A stretch of DNA of 64,000 nt from Podarcis gaigeae (taxonomy: Eukaryota): assembly GCA_964106915.2 (NCBI GenBank), contig OZ066919.1, one strand, 5' to 3'. The stretch's first letter is position 1. Each line of letters begins with the position of its first letter. A program made the position numbers and the translations under genes. The notes beneath the pieces are model-generated. The model did no database searches and was not told where the DNA came from. It saw only the letters and a list, made by a program, of their open reading frames with translations. Positions 40,482-54,363 of the stretch are shown piece by piece.

Positions 40482-42225
40482 CCGTAGAGAATGTGCAGAA
40501 TGACCATGGTGAATGTGCATAATTGCTGGTTATTATGCACATCTTTCCATGGCTATTCTATACAATTTCCTATAATCCTTATTGATGAGAATATACACAA
40601 GGCTTACATTCAGTAGTGCTTGCGGCTGCAAACATTTCCTATGAGTTTGTGAGCATGCACATGGCTTACACTGGGAAGTAATTTATGCATTTGTGAACGC
40701 GATTCACAATTGTAAAGCCTGCATTGATTTTGTGTTCTGAGCTTGATACTCTGCCATTCAGGTAAGCTGGGTACCTATCTAGGAGAAATGTTAGCTAATA
40801 ACACCTGGCTTTTACTGTTTGCTCAAACACTATAAACCTGGGTTATAGAAATGAAAATAATGCTGGCAGATTCAGGATTCTGCTGGTGCCAGTGGGCTGA
40901 AGAAATGTGCTTCCAGCCCTACATTATTTATTGGGAAATCGGTTTGAATGTGTTGCTTGAATGGAGAATGTACAAAGGCTGCTTCTAATAATGCTATATC
41001 AATACTGAAACACTTTAACAGTAATGGACCTGCAATTTTAATTTTTGATAAATCAAAATAAATCATTTGAGTTCAATTAAACCTTGCAGGCAAAATAAAT
41101 ATAAAATTGTGTGCATATGGGTTTTTTGTGGGGGGAGTTATATTATGCAAGAACTTAAATAAATAAAAAGTATTTTCGGTAATTTGGAAATGAAATCAAT
41201 GAAACTGAAGCTGAAGGAATTTAGTATGTCTGGGCATAGCAAAGCTTTATATTACATTAAATAATATACGTGTGTGTGTGTGTGTGTGTGTGTGTTAGAC
41301 TTGGTAATCTTAATTAGAACAACCTTAAAATGTATGCCACTTATCCTATGGACAAGAACAACTTTACAGTTCTTTTAATAATCCCTTTATCCTCAGATTT
41401 CTTTGACCCTGATTTCAAAAGCAATAGGTCAGGCTGCCCTATCAGCCACAGACCTCTAATTGAAGTCCTGATATGTACTGTATGAACTATAGTATCTGGT
41501 TCAGCAGAATTCCTTGTTACCCGATTTGCAGTTTGAAGGCTTCTTGTTTTGTAATTGATTATACCCAGAAAATTAAATTAACATTTGGTGATAGACATGT
41601 TTTCATAGAAAAAGGGAAATACTGTTATGGGAAGTGTAATAACATTTTGATATAAAATATCCCTTACACAAATGAAAACGGCAAGCAAGCATACGCCTTG
41701 TCTATTAAAGAAATTCAGAGGATTAGAGTTAAAGCTTTCTTATGCAAAGATTTGGTTTCTGTTTTGAAAAGCTCATTTTAAAGAGTTTCTTTTTCTTTTT
41801 ATGTGAAAAGCATTCATTTTCAAGATTTTTTAACAGCTGCTATTTTAAGATTTCCCTAATGTAACCTCAGAAAAGAAGAGTACATCTTTAAATCTTGTTT
41901 TGTTTGAATGAATGAGTAGATAATCCTGATCAGATGTTTCTTTAGAGAATAATGTTTAAAACGATTAAAGAACTTAGCTGTCCCATCTGATTCCTAGGTA
42001 CAGTATTTTAATTTCAATTGTTAAGTCTTTAGGGTCATCTGAGGTAACTGTTTATTAAAATGAGCTTCTTTTGTTTCAGATTTCCAGCTGTGATTGCTTT
42101 AATATATACAATTCTCCCTGTTAATCTGTCATGTTAACTTTCCTAAACTCTAACCATATATCTGCCTACCTAAACAGCAATTAGTGATAAGTGGAAAATT
42201 AAATATTCAATTTCATTCACATTAA

Positions 42226-42393
<168 letters not shown>

Positions 42394-42813
42394 TAGTTAC
42401 ATTAGAATATCTTACTTTGACATATTTCTTTCTTTGATTCCTCCATCCCTCATGATTACTATGCAAAACGTTTTATGAAATTGATCATTCATTCTCTGGT
42501 TCACCATGCCTTACATCAAGTAAATCGTGCTATATTTCTAATTAGGTTGGATGTATCATATTATAGTAATAGAGTCCTGATTTTACAAAAGGACCTTGTT
42601 CATTCTGAAACCTGCTGTCCTACAAATTGCTGTAGTAGAAAAGCAAAGCATGTTACACTGATTAAGGACATATATGGCCGCCGAACGGCACTCTAGAAGA
42701 AACTGCAACTGATTGGGTTGCTCTGTCCTGGTAGTCCCAATCGATGGGAGGGAGCTGCTGTTGTGTTTCTGCATTGCTGTTGTGTGCCACTGTTGTTTGC
42801 TATTTATTTATAA

Positions 42814-42856
<43 letters not shown>
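42814..42856. repeat. (AAT)n microsatellite
   Basis: Direct reading; probably the tail of a short retro-insertion starting at about 42676. Confidence 0.9.
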
Positions 42857-42857
<1 letters not shown>

Positions 42858-42873
42858 GCAGGATCCCTAAGCT

Positions 42874-43008
42874 CAGGCATGGCCAAACCTGGCCCTCCAG
42901 CTGTTTTGGACTACAGCTCCCATCATCCCTAGCTAACAGGACCAGTGGTCAGGGATGATGGGAATTGTAGTCCCAAAACAACTGGAGGGCCAAGTTTGGC
43001 CATGCCTG
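42874..43008. mobile_element. 135-bp palindromic (hairpin) hAT MITE
   Basis: CAGGCATGGCCAAAC ... GTTTGGCCATGCCTG with arms complementary over about 55 bp; TSD CCTAAGCT/CCTAAGCC (7/8). Confidence 0.9.
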
Positions 43009-43044
43009 CCTAAGCCGTTTACATAAAGCACAATAAAGGTGTTA

Positions 43045-43045
<1 letters not shown>

Positions 43046-43081
<36 letters not shown>
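43046..43081. repeat. (CA)n microsatellite
   Basis: Direct reading. Confidence 0.95.
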
Positions 43082-43085
<4 letters not shown>

Positions 43086-44454
43086 TCTACACTGTGACTT
43101 GAAGCAGAGAGGAGCTGGGTGACCAACTACGAGGAACCCTGAGGGTTAGAAAGTTGGCATAACTTTGCATATAGGTTTCTGTGTAGAATGTGCTCGAGAA
43201 TTGACAGGCTTAGTGGAAGAAGATATAAATGGCTGGCTCTTATCCATTTGCCTTCGGAATAGAGGGGAAACAAATGCTGATTGTTCAGTACACCTAGGAA
43301 CAAGTTGGAACTCACCGATGTGTCAGGACCCACAGTTTGAGAACAGTTGCGACACATTGCAAATATTTTCAGAGCCCATTTCTACATTTTTGAAATTAGA
43401 ACGTTAATGTTTAACCAAACTTTAAACAGTCAGTCTTTTAATGCACAATAGCATAGGCTTTGCATTTGTACCACCTGTGTACATGCATGTGCAATATCTG
43501 TTTGATGCAACACTGATGATTTATACAACCAGTGGTTTAGCAACCCTTAAATACAGATTCATGCACAAATATGGGGTCATGCCCAGTCTTTTTGAAAATA
43601 ATGGTTCTTGTGCTGAAATATACGGTCATTCTATGTAGAATGTGAAGTATCTGATGCTGGAACTGTATGGAATTCTGTCTCTATGAAGCTATTCCTTTTG
43701 ACCTTTAAAGAATGCTAATATTCTTGGTCTGAATGACATTCTGCAGTATGATCATTACCAGTTTGTCAATATTCACTAACAACAGTGAATTAGGAGTACC
43801 TGTCACCACCCTCTTCAATTGATCAAAGGTTCCTTGGTTGTATTTTACTATGACATAATCCAGACAGTCCAAGGAGAAATGGTCTCCATTGTCCCAGGGC
43901 TCAAGAAGTTAGTGCTTTGCCGATTTTCATCTCCAGTGAAAAACTAAATTTAAATCATAATCTAACTCTCAGTTAATTATTACTGCCATTTTAGAAATGC
44001 TTTTGCCAGACTTTCCTCAAATTCTGCGGAAGTGGGGGGGGGCGCTTAATTTTTCATTTGCTCCAACACATATTCAGAGAAATGTCCATATTCATTTCAG
44101 TGGAAGGTGCCAATCTATATGCATAGTGTATTACACATATGGATCACTATCCCATTAAACTAAATGGAGATCTCTGTGTACATAAGAGATCTATATGCCC
44201 ATCTGGTCACACTTAGATCCTCGTGTTGATGCAATAATTTTAAAGTACTGACAGAGGGATCCTCCCCACTCAAACACACACATCCACACTCATATCCACG
44301 CATCAAATTAATAAGCTTATTTTTCACCTGCTCTAGTTATTAAACTTCTAGTCAATATTTTACTTTATAAATCAGTCTATTCAAACAGTAAACCAAACAC
44401 GACAAAGATGATATAATTTATTGCAACTAGAAAACCTAGGAAAAAGTGAATCTT

Positions 44455-44812
44455 GTCTCCACCCCCATCATTCTGCCCGGACGCTGAGGTCCAGCGCCGA
44501 GGGTCTTCTGGTGGTTCCCTCATTGCGAGAAGTGAAGCTACAGGGAACCAGGCAGAGGGCCTTCTCGGTAGTGGCGCCCACCCTGTGGAACACCCTTCCA
44601 GCAGATGTCAAAGCGATAAACAACTACCTGACATTCAGAAGACATCTTAAGACAGCCCTGTTCAGGGAAGTTTTTAACGTGTGATATTTTACTGTATTTT
44701 TGGTTTTTATGGAAGCCGCCCAGAGTGGCTGGGGAGGCCCAGCCAGATGGGCGGGGTATAAATAATAAATTATTATTGTTGTTGTTATTATTATTATTAT
44801 TATTACTACTAC
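44455..44812 (+). mobile_element. L2-clade LINE 3' end with (TTA/TTG)n tail
   Basis: ORF 44421..44684 gives RTLRSS..LLVVP...RAFSVVAPTLWNTLP...FRRHLKTALF, the typical L2 ORF2 C-terminus, followed by a 3'UTR ending ggggtataaataataaattattatt. Confidence 0.9.
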
Positions 44813-45623
44813 TGTTGCCTGGCATTAGACTGTCTAGGTGTGCAGCTTTTGGTTAGTCTCTTCGGTTAAAGCAACAGATAACAATCTGTTTCACTGTCAC
44901 ACAAACAGGTGAATTGTATGTAGCGTCTCTGGCAGTAGGAAACTAAAATGAAATGTATGTTTTAGATTGGCATAAGGTGGCACCCTAGTGTTTGAAACTT
45001 GCAATAATTCAACTACTGTACAGCATGAATCATTATTGCTTAAAAAGCAATAAAGCAGTGAACTCTCATGTACAGCAGGACTCCCCACAATCACCTTGGG
45101 AGGTCAATCCTCCTCTTTTAAAGCATCTTTTGACCTGAAGATTTTGTGAGGCCAGACAGATTGCTGGTTTTGGGCTGTATCACTGAGGCTGAAAGTGCAG
45201 GATGGAAAGGAGCAAAGGGTATTGCAAGAAAGAGGTCCCGGTGAACGGGTGGTACATTGTGACTACTGCCATTGCAGTTTTGAACTTGGTAGATCCTTGG
45301 GGGGGGGGGGAGGTTATTGGGTTGTTGTTTTTATTTTGATTATATAGTTTTATATTCTGATTTTATCCTGTAAACCATCCTATGACCAGCAGGTATAGGG
45401 TGGTATCATCATCATTATCATCATCATCATTGATCCCAGTCTGCTATAAAGTGGTCAGGATGGAAGTTGACACAGTTTGTCCTGCTTAAATATTTGATTC
45501 TACAAAAAAACCCAACAAATCTAGTTTGAGGCACCTAAGCCTGCTGACTAGAATGTAATGTTGTTGGGAAATTAACATACACAGGGATTTAACATGGTCA
45601 TTTCTGTAGAAGTAAGAAACAAT

Positions 45624-45867
45624 GAGAGGGATTCAACATCACACTGTGTCGATTGTTTTGCCAGTGCAAGCATTTCAGCTTGTCATATGGAATGATTTCC
45701 CCCTCTCCTCCACTCATGCACTGTTCTGGGGGTTTTCTTGACCGCCCCCAAGCCAATTTCAGGGGTGTGGGGCATACTGAGGAAGGAGAGATGGGAAAGC
45801 TCCATTGCACAGGCGAAAGTCATTGCTCAGGCTTCCATTGACGGAACTCATTAACTGAATCATGCCC
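45624..45867 (+). repeat. Interspersed repeat with weak terminal inverted repeats (probable non-autonomous DNA element)
   Basis: GGGATTCAAC ... CTGAATCATGCCC ends; homologous to 11695-11835 in the opposite orientation. Confidence 0.6.
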
Positions 45868-48800
45868 TGAATTATTCACACTGCTGAAAGCTGGCAGGAA
45901 AGGCACAGTTTTTGTTTGTTTGTTTGTTTGTTTACCAGGACCACACAAACATGTGGGCTTGCAAAAAGGAACTTGGAGCACTTTGCTCTTCCCTGATCTT
46001 TTTTATTTGCTTGCTGCACTGAGCAAGTTGGCACTCAGGCTTGTGGTTAAGTTCTGTCCAGACTAACCACAATCTCTAACCATGGTTTGGTTTTGACTAC
46101 AGCTTATGGTTAGCGAGGAGAGAGCTTAATCATGGGACTGGGTTTGGACAACATGCTAAGTGAAATCTTGGATTAGCTCAGTACAGCATGCAAAGATTAG
46201 GGAGGAGCAGAGTGAAGAGTTCCCCTTTGGATACCTGCAACATCCACATGGTAAGGTTGGGTTACTGTGTCCTGTGAACCAGACCTGTGTGTATAGAGTG
46301 ATTTAAGAAGACCTTAGGATCATGCAGCCTGTTGCAACATATCCCTGGATCCAGAGCAGCAGCAGTTTTCTCAATAGCTGAAGCCTGAAAATGTAGAATG
46401 GCTACCGGCAATTAGTCACTAGTCAATAAATATGAGTGCCAGAGCACTTTTAGGTAGAAATGGCAAACAGGGTATGACCTTAGCCAGGGACCTTTGTGGT
46501 TTGGCTCAGAACGCCTTTCTGTGCTTGAAATAAATAAAATCATGATAGAGTGCCTGTGGTTATGCAATTCCCCCTCTTTAACTAGTTAACCACTAGTGGA
46601 AAGGGTTCACTTGTTGTATTATATTGAATATTTGGTGGAAATTATGCAACCTTCTCAACTGTCACTGACTTCATTTCAATTTAAGCGGTGTTCAGGATTG
46701 TTCATACAAACGCAGTCTCAGCTAGGAGCTGATTTTGTATGAGAAGTGCTGAATGAAAGATGATTGACCAGCCAATATTTTGAAGGGTTGTATCTCTTAT
46801 ATTCTGCTGCAAGATAGCTACACTGTTTCTCCTTGCACAAGCCTTTGAGTTTTCCGCTGTGCTAATCAATATTATAAGAGGAGTAGTTAAAAATCAGCAG
46901 CATGAAACTAAACGCTAAAGAAGCTAAGTTCATATTCAATAGCAAAACACCACTGCCCACAGGCTGCAACCCGAGTTTGGCTATGAAAAGGCAGACGCAA
47001 AAAAAGAAAAATTATAATACAAAATAGACGGCAGGCTTAGAATCAACCGTTGCAGTGACCTTGCCTTTTGTATGCCATTACACAATTCAATGGCCGCCCA
47101 CTCAAACCTTGCTCTCAATCAATATCCTATTAAAGCAGCACAAAAAGTCTCCATAAACTTAGTGGTTAGCTATGTTTATAAATGGAATTCAGCATAATTA
47201 GCTGGTCAATAACATACTGCACTAGTAATGTTAAAATGAGCACCACACATTTAATATCTGTGATATTCTACAAGGCTTTGTTACAAAAGCTAACATAACA
47301 GTCTACAGCAGATAAAGGCCAAGCCACAGATTTTAGCCACATTTCCCACATCTTCTTCCTTTCATGCTTACTAATCAGTTTATGAAAAGGCTAGCTGGTT
47401 AAAAGGCACACTTGTTCCTTAGGTTTACCTCCATTTAACCCTAGAGACACCATCACTTTGCTGCTGTAGTTATCAAAATATCTATATATCTATTTGTGAA
47501 GTCAAATCCTTCTTTGGATAATCTTCACAGTTTTCAAGAGATTAAGTAAGTGCCTAATCATGTCGAGCACAGATCATGTCGATTTCCAGGAAAGGGTGCT
47601 TTTGCCATCTTGCCACAGTGAAACAGGTAAATACAACAACAGCAAAACTGATATAAACACGGCCCCCTTACTTTAAAACCTCCTGAGCTGCTAACTGTAA
47701 GAGATCTGACTTCATCTGATTTAAATTAGCCCTCCGATGCCATTGTCTCAGGTGCTGAAGTGTTATGGAAATGCTTATGAATATTCTAATTGGTTAAAAA
47801 ATAAAATGAAGCACCATCCCAATAGGGCTAGGGAAATAGGGGTCTAGCTGTTGGTGCTGAGTAGGATGCAGCAGAGAAGGAATAGTCAGAATTAGTGACA
47901 TTTTTGTAATTAGTATACAAATTTTCAGCCGCACTTCTATAAAAAAACAACAAGGTGGAATACTGTGTATAAAAATAAAAGCTACATGGTTCCCCATGAA
48001 ACATAATTTAAAGCATTAATAAATACTGGTTGGGTTAAAAAAAAATTCTCCAAAAGAAATGGCTCCAGGTAACAATCTTTGGGTCTCCTACTCAAATGCA
48101 GATCCTCAGAACAAACCTGTGAGGTAGGACAAGTGGCCAACATTTATTCAGACAGCTCCTTGGCTGAATGGGGACTCGAACTTGAGCTTGTCTTGTCCTT
48201 CCCTCTGATCATTGCATCATATAAGACAAATACTCAAACTATTTTTTGCTATTTCTTTATTTGCATATATCAATGATTTTTATTAATAAAATGGTAAAGA
48301 TTTAATTGTACTGATAGTAGCATATTTTTGGAACCTTTGGACTGGGGTGACTCAGGCAGATTCATCTGGCACTCCCAGTGATTGAAATGTATCCCATGTG
48401 TGGGGAAGGTTTGTGACCAGACCACCCAGTCAGCTGAAACTGGATCCCAAGGCAGCATTAGTTCAGTTAGACAAACTTTACACACATCAATCAAAGGAGA
48501 GCTTGAAGGAGAGACTAAGTCTTCAGTAAAGCTACCTTACTGTGTGTTCAGATATCCATTTCAAATGGGATTTTTGTACAGGTGAGCTATTCATTGGGTT
48601 GGAATCGATGCAAAAGTTAGACATATCTCCCTAGATTTCAGAATCCTTTCTTAGTCTTGACAATGGTTGTTTCTGGAGTCTTTGTGCTGGAGAACACATG
48701 GAATTTTAGTATGTTCCCATGGTATAACATCTTCTGTGTAGCTTCCTTACCCTAAATGCCACTTAGTAAAGAAACTAGATTTTAAAAACAGAATTCTTCC

Positions 48801-50809
48801 TTTGTAAAAGGAGCATAATTAAAACAGGTTCTCCAGGGTTCACATCATAAAACGAAGGAGAGGATTTTTTTGACCCAAGCTTTTGAGACAGATACTAATG
48901 CATGTCACAGAACATACAGCCATTGCTAGAATCTTTTGTGGACACTGCTTTCATTCTTTCATATGTCCCTAAAACTACAAAGCCTACAAGCCTGCTCTTT
49001 CAAAAACATATTCCAAAGAATGAAAATTGGGATTCCTAGTTTTGAAATATTGCTGCCAGTTTATATGCTGGCTACAATAAATAAATAAATAAATCGTGGG
49101 ATCACTGAAGATTATCATTGCCGACTTAATGGTCCAGTTCTTCATATGCCTATTTGTACCTTCCACCTCTAGCATGTGGAAATCTCTGCACTCTGGAAGA
49201 GGGATTAGCTCAGTTGAGCCAGAGATTTCAGTTGCACCTTGGGGGCAACCAGAATGAAGCATTTCTGCAAAAGAAACTGCTGAGTCCTACTAGCTATAAT
49301 GGGTCTATATACATATTTGGCAGATGGACTTACGATGGCAGAAGGCCAGCGTCCTTGCCTCCTCTTCTACCATGATATTTTGTCTGCCCTTGTAAGCTTT
49401 AACACAAAAAGGTAAAGCAGACAACTGTTTATTTCAGCCTCAGAGTTAAAACACACATCTTTGCAGTTCCAGCCTCCTTTCTTCTCAGGCAATGGAGAAA
49501 AGTTAACCAAGTTCTAAACACATCCTGGATACAGGCTTCCCTTGTCCCTCACATGATTGTTGTGAGGAAAAAATGGGGTGGAGAACTATGTACACAGCCT
49601 TGAGCTCCTTGGAGGAAAGGTGGGATACAAATATAATTGTCATAAATGTAGTAAAGTAACAAATACAATTACTACCTATAGCAATGAGTTGCTATTCCCT
49701 ATCATTTTCTCACATTGTATTTGGCCTAAGTTCATGCAGACCTATTTCTCCGCCTGCCTCCCTTGATATCTGTATATCTCCAAAAGTATTTTCTTCATGA
49801 GGAACAATTAGATTTAAGAGAGCTAAGCCTAGTAAAATGAGAACACAGAGAAACAGATGCTGATTGGAGTAAATTAATAAAGTAATACCATAGGAATATA
49901 GTAGGACTTACTTCTGAGTACACATGCATAGACTTGGGCTGTGTATCACCCCCCCCACACACACTTTCTGTCTTCAATAATCCTGTTTAATAAATAATTA
50001 TAGTGGCTTGGGAGCAAGATTTCCATGTACCTGCTTCGAAAAGACATTATTAACCTTTCAGTTTGGACTTCCATAGGTCTTGTGTGAATGAAAATTTATC
50101 AAGCGAAGGCTTTTAAAAGCACAAATAAGTTTGGCCAAGACTGCTAAAACTGTAGAGTGGATGCTGCAGAGTGTACCTTTATGATTGATTTCCATTCAAG
50201 TCAGACTGACTGCAGTGTGGTCATTTTTCTAACCCATAACTGCTCACACTGCAGCAGTTTGCTATCCGCAGGGTGTCTGAATTATAGCAGTCCATGTCCG
50301 TGTTACCTCTTACACAAATTACTTACACTGGTTTCTTTTTCCATGCAAATTCATCAGTTTTACAGCCTCTTGTCTCTGCTGTCAGGAAACTCTAGCAGAC
50401 AGCACAAATTGATAAAATGAGTTAATTTTACAATGGTTGGGTTTTTTTAAAGTTTCATTCACCCGTTGCACAGGAAGCATATTGTAGTTAAAGGAAGACA
50501 GCAAATGAGTTTAGAGTGTTCTTGTAAATTATTTCCCAAGTTAATTTCTTCCAAAGATCATTAAAGGCTGGCTCCCATTTTAATATCATTGCACTCCTTC
50601 CATCCTGTGCTTTTAAAAATGCATTGCTATCAATGCATCTCAGTTCAGTGGCTGTCCTTAAACCACTGCTGAGAGTACGCCATAGTTTGCATGAGAACCA
50701 TATAAGTAAGCTGTATGAGGATTTTGTTCTTTGTATTGCCCATTATTCTTGTACTTCAGCTGCTGTCTGTAAAACACTAAGTACATGGTTGCTCCTCAGC
50801 TGAGGACTG

Positions 50810-50960
50810 CAGTTTAGCATATTGCATACTCTACATGTGGAAAGCTCTCAGTTGATAAATGCTGGAAAGCACCTCTGCCCGAGACCCCAGAAAGCCTCTG
50901 CCAGTAAACTCTGTCAACTGGGCTGGATGGACTTGCTATAAGGCAATGTTATGTTTATAG
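50810..50960 (+). mobile_element. Old tRNA-derived SINE remnant with CR1-like tail
   Basis: ggaaagcacctctgcccgagaccccagaaagcctctgccagt...gggctggatggac...tataaggcaatgttatgtt resembles a common squamate SINE body as I remember it; similar sequence at about 8555-8660 and 35779-35860. Confidence 0.5.
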
Positions 50961-51027
50961 CACCACTTTAATCCTAGCACTGCAAACAGATGTGTGCTTA
51001 TGCAGCTAAAGTGGCATTGCACAGAGG

Positions 51028-51161
51028 CGGTGGTTGGCAACCTGATGTCCTCCAAATATACTGTTCTGTAACTCCCATCAGCCCAGCCCATGTGGCCATT
51101 CATCAGGGATGATAGGAACTGAGGTTCAAAACATCGACAGGACACTAGGTTTCCTGCCCCG
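51028..51161. mobile_element. Degenerate hairpin hAT-type MITE
   Basis: ggttggcaacct...aactcccatcagcccagcc...cagggatgataggaactg...aggtttcctgcccc; same architecture as 31688 and 42874. Confidence 0.6.
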
Positions 51162-51188
51162 GTCACAGTTGTACAGGAGGCAACCCGT

Positions 51189-51616
51189 CAGGGCCGTCTT
51201 TACCCAGGGGTGCAAGGGGTGCGGGGCACCCTGGCACCGAATTCTGGGGGGTACCAAATGTACCCTGGGGGCGCCAAATGTATACCTACTATATATCGGT
51301 GCCTCTTAATCGGCGGCAGTGAAAAGCAATGGAGAGAAAGTCCACGCCCCCCCTCCGTTGCTCTGTTACTCCGTAGTGTCAAATATTCCCAATGAGTCAG
51401 GAAACAAAAGCAGTTATTTCTGCTGTGTCGTTGTTACAGACAAGCAATTTTCCTCCCCCCAAAAAAGGTCAACAACTTTGGCTTCCCCATTCCCAGAAAA
51501 AGTTCAACAACTTTGAGTTCGCCCCCCCCAAAAAAAATTGGGGGTGGCTAAACTAAATTTGGGGGTGCTAGGCGGATCTTTGCACGCCAGTGGTGCGTAT
51601 GCTAAAGACAGTCCTC
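51189..51616. mobile_element. hAT (Tip100/MER45-like) non-autonomous element
   Basis: Left TIR CAGGGCCGTCTTTA, right end TAAAGACAGTCCTC; 8-bp TSD CAACCCGT (51181-88)/CAACCAGT (51617-24); GC/CpG-rich subtermini. Confidence 0.82.
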
Positions 51617-52719
51617 CAACCAGTTCTTCTCAGTTAGCTACAGAGATGGCCCTTGTTGGCCATGGACACGCTAAAGGAACATGTAAATCAACCTTGATTG
51701 CTTACCACTTGCTGAATGTATGATAAATGTAGTACATTGATATTTCACATATGCAAATCATTTATGCAGGCAATGAGTTGCTTCATACACAGTGTCAAAC
51801 CATGGTTTTGGCTATTCTTAGGCTTGCATGCTTCCTCCACCTGGCTTCCTTGTGTACTCTGATTCAAACCCTGATTTCCTTGTTTGGCAGACCTTAGGTC
51901 TTTGTTAGATCCAAATTAGCAAACTATAGTTTCCACTTGCCCTTGAAACCGGAATTGGGAATCTGGCTTAGATCTAATGCCCTAACTATGGTTTGGCTAT
52001 TACATCCAACATAACTTGCCTCCGTTCAGTTCATTTTGCACGCTGGCTAAACAAGTATATGGCACCCACTCACACCCATTGCTGACTTGATGGGCTTGAG
52101 CCAATCGTTGCATCTTACCCTAACCTACCTCACTGGTAGCGAAGATAAAAATGGGGAGATTGCACACATTGCTTTTAACTCCTGGAGGAAATGGAGATTT
52201 AAATAAAACAACACTTTGAAAACTGATATGTGGTCTGCTGACATGTAATACATTCTTGGGAATGGCTCTGATTTTATGCCACAGGATGTCATGAAGCAGT
52301 TAACAGACTCCTGGAGCCCCTGGAAAGGGAGGAGAGGAGCTGTCTGTTTTTCCCCCAGATCAATCCATAACTGGCACAGAAAATATACATAAAGTTACTG
52401 TTGAGGGTGAACTGTGGTAACACCAGCTGGCTCATCCTGGCCTTGTCTGTTTATTGCCTGGCTGGGGATTGCCTGGTGATTCCTCCTAGCACATGGAGGC
52501 AGTTGCTGAATTGCAGAGGATGAAGCTGCTGCCTCTCTGCCTGTTACCCCGAACCCATGTCAAGATTGAAGTGTGTCTTCCCCTTCATTCTAGTCTGAGT
52601 TCAGGATTACAGGGTTCTACAGTTTTACTATTGCACTAGCTGTTCATATAATGGCAGCAAAAAATAATAATTGTTGTTTAAGTGTTGGGGGGATGCTGTT
52701 TCTTTACAACAGGTGAGAG

Positions 52720-53060
52720 AAGGCTTTGGATCCCCCACAACAACCAAGTAACAGCTGCATATTTATTGCGTAATAAAAAAATCTCTAGAAAGGCCTTTAG
52801 TAACTTCTTATGTGGATGATACCAGATCCATATTATTGATGGCAAGAGATTCATGACCTTCTGTTTTTAACACTGCAGAGAAAGGACTTCGTAATATCTT
52901 TGTGAAAAACTAGTTCATTACACACATTTGTAAAAGTCAAGAGAAAAATGTAACAAAGGAAGACCTTATCATGTGCACAGGACAGCAAACATTGAGAAAT
53001 GCTTGGGAGAACATTGCTAAGGTGCTCAGTAATGTCAGGCATGAGGAAACAGATATAAGA
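52720..53060 (+). mobile_element. Ancient non-LTR reverse-transcriptase remnant
   Basis: YVDDT at 52809-52823, preceded by degenerate G.P / IFI..NL-like sequence and followed by IFVKN*...KSQEKM and W.NI.K. This is the motif order of L2/CR1-group RT. Highly decayed. Confidence 0.45.
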
Positions 53061-53246
53061 AGAAGAAGCATTCCTACAGTTTCTGAAGCCATTGAAATAC
53101 ATGATGGTACAAAATCAGACTTTGCCATCAGTAAAAGACCTTCAAAGAAGACCTTAATCATAAAGTTGCATAATGAACTTTTAATATTGCTGATTACAGT
53201 GCCAATTAACTCATACCTTACTACCTACATGCTGGTAGGTCATTAA

Positions 53247-53441
<195 letters not shown>

Positions 53442-54169
53442 TAATTTGATCTGTGCATGATATTGGGTTATGGTTCAATCCCCCTGACTACATGGACATT
53501 TCAAAATGAGTAATGCTGTCATTTAGTGCTTATGTTGCCTGACATATTCTGCCTGAGATACTGATCCTTTGTAAAAATAAAGTGGCACCCATATACACTC
53601 TGGCGCGCTTTGCAGAGTTATACGATAGATTTTTCTTCTGCTTAATGTTGATGTAAATAAGGAGCCATTTCTTATCATGCCTGTCAAATGACTGATCCAC
53701 TTTAGCTGAAAGAGAAAAATCAATCTGGATCATTAATATCATTCAAAATGGCAACAGGCTTTGGGCGTACTTGTAAATCCAATCTCATGGATGCTTAAGA
53801 AAAGGACCACAGTATGAAATAAAAAATATCCTTGCTGCAAATTAGCATCTAATCCTCAAAATCAAGACTAAAAAAATCAACTGCTTGGTTAAGTCACTAA
53901 ATTCCTAAAGCTTTATCTGTAAGTTGATTTCTAAAGGGCAATTCCTCAAACTTGCATTGGTCTCTCTGTTAATGCCCTTACTGATTTATCTGGATCCTGC
54001 TGTTCAATCTCCTTTCTTGCAACGTAATGCAATCTATTGTATAAGAAATAATATATCTTTACAGTTTATTTATTTATTATTTATACCATGCCTTTATCCC
54101 TGAGAGGGACTTAAGGTGGCTTACAGATTTTTTAAAAAGCTAACCATGTAGAAAAAAATAATTAAACAT

Positions 54170-54299
54170 NNNNNNNNNNNNNNNNNNNNNNNNNNNNNNN
54201 NNNNNNNNNNNNNNNNNNNNNNNNNNNNNNNNNNNNNNNNNNNNNNNNNNNNNNNNNNNNNNNNNNNNNNNNNNNNNNNNNNNNNNNNNNNNNNNNNNN
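54170..54299. other. Assembly gap (130 N)
   Basis: Run of N inside an L2-like 3'UTR remnant that starts at about 54065. Confidence 0.99.
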
Positions 54300-54363
54300 T
54301 CAATTAAAACCATACAAGTAGTTACAATAAAAACAGTTCAGCACCAGCCCTTTCATTAAAAGC

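Noticed and set aside
54121-54303. ORF containing a poly-X run
   Set aside because: Artefact of translating the N gap.
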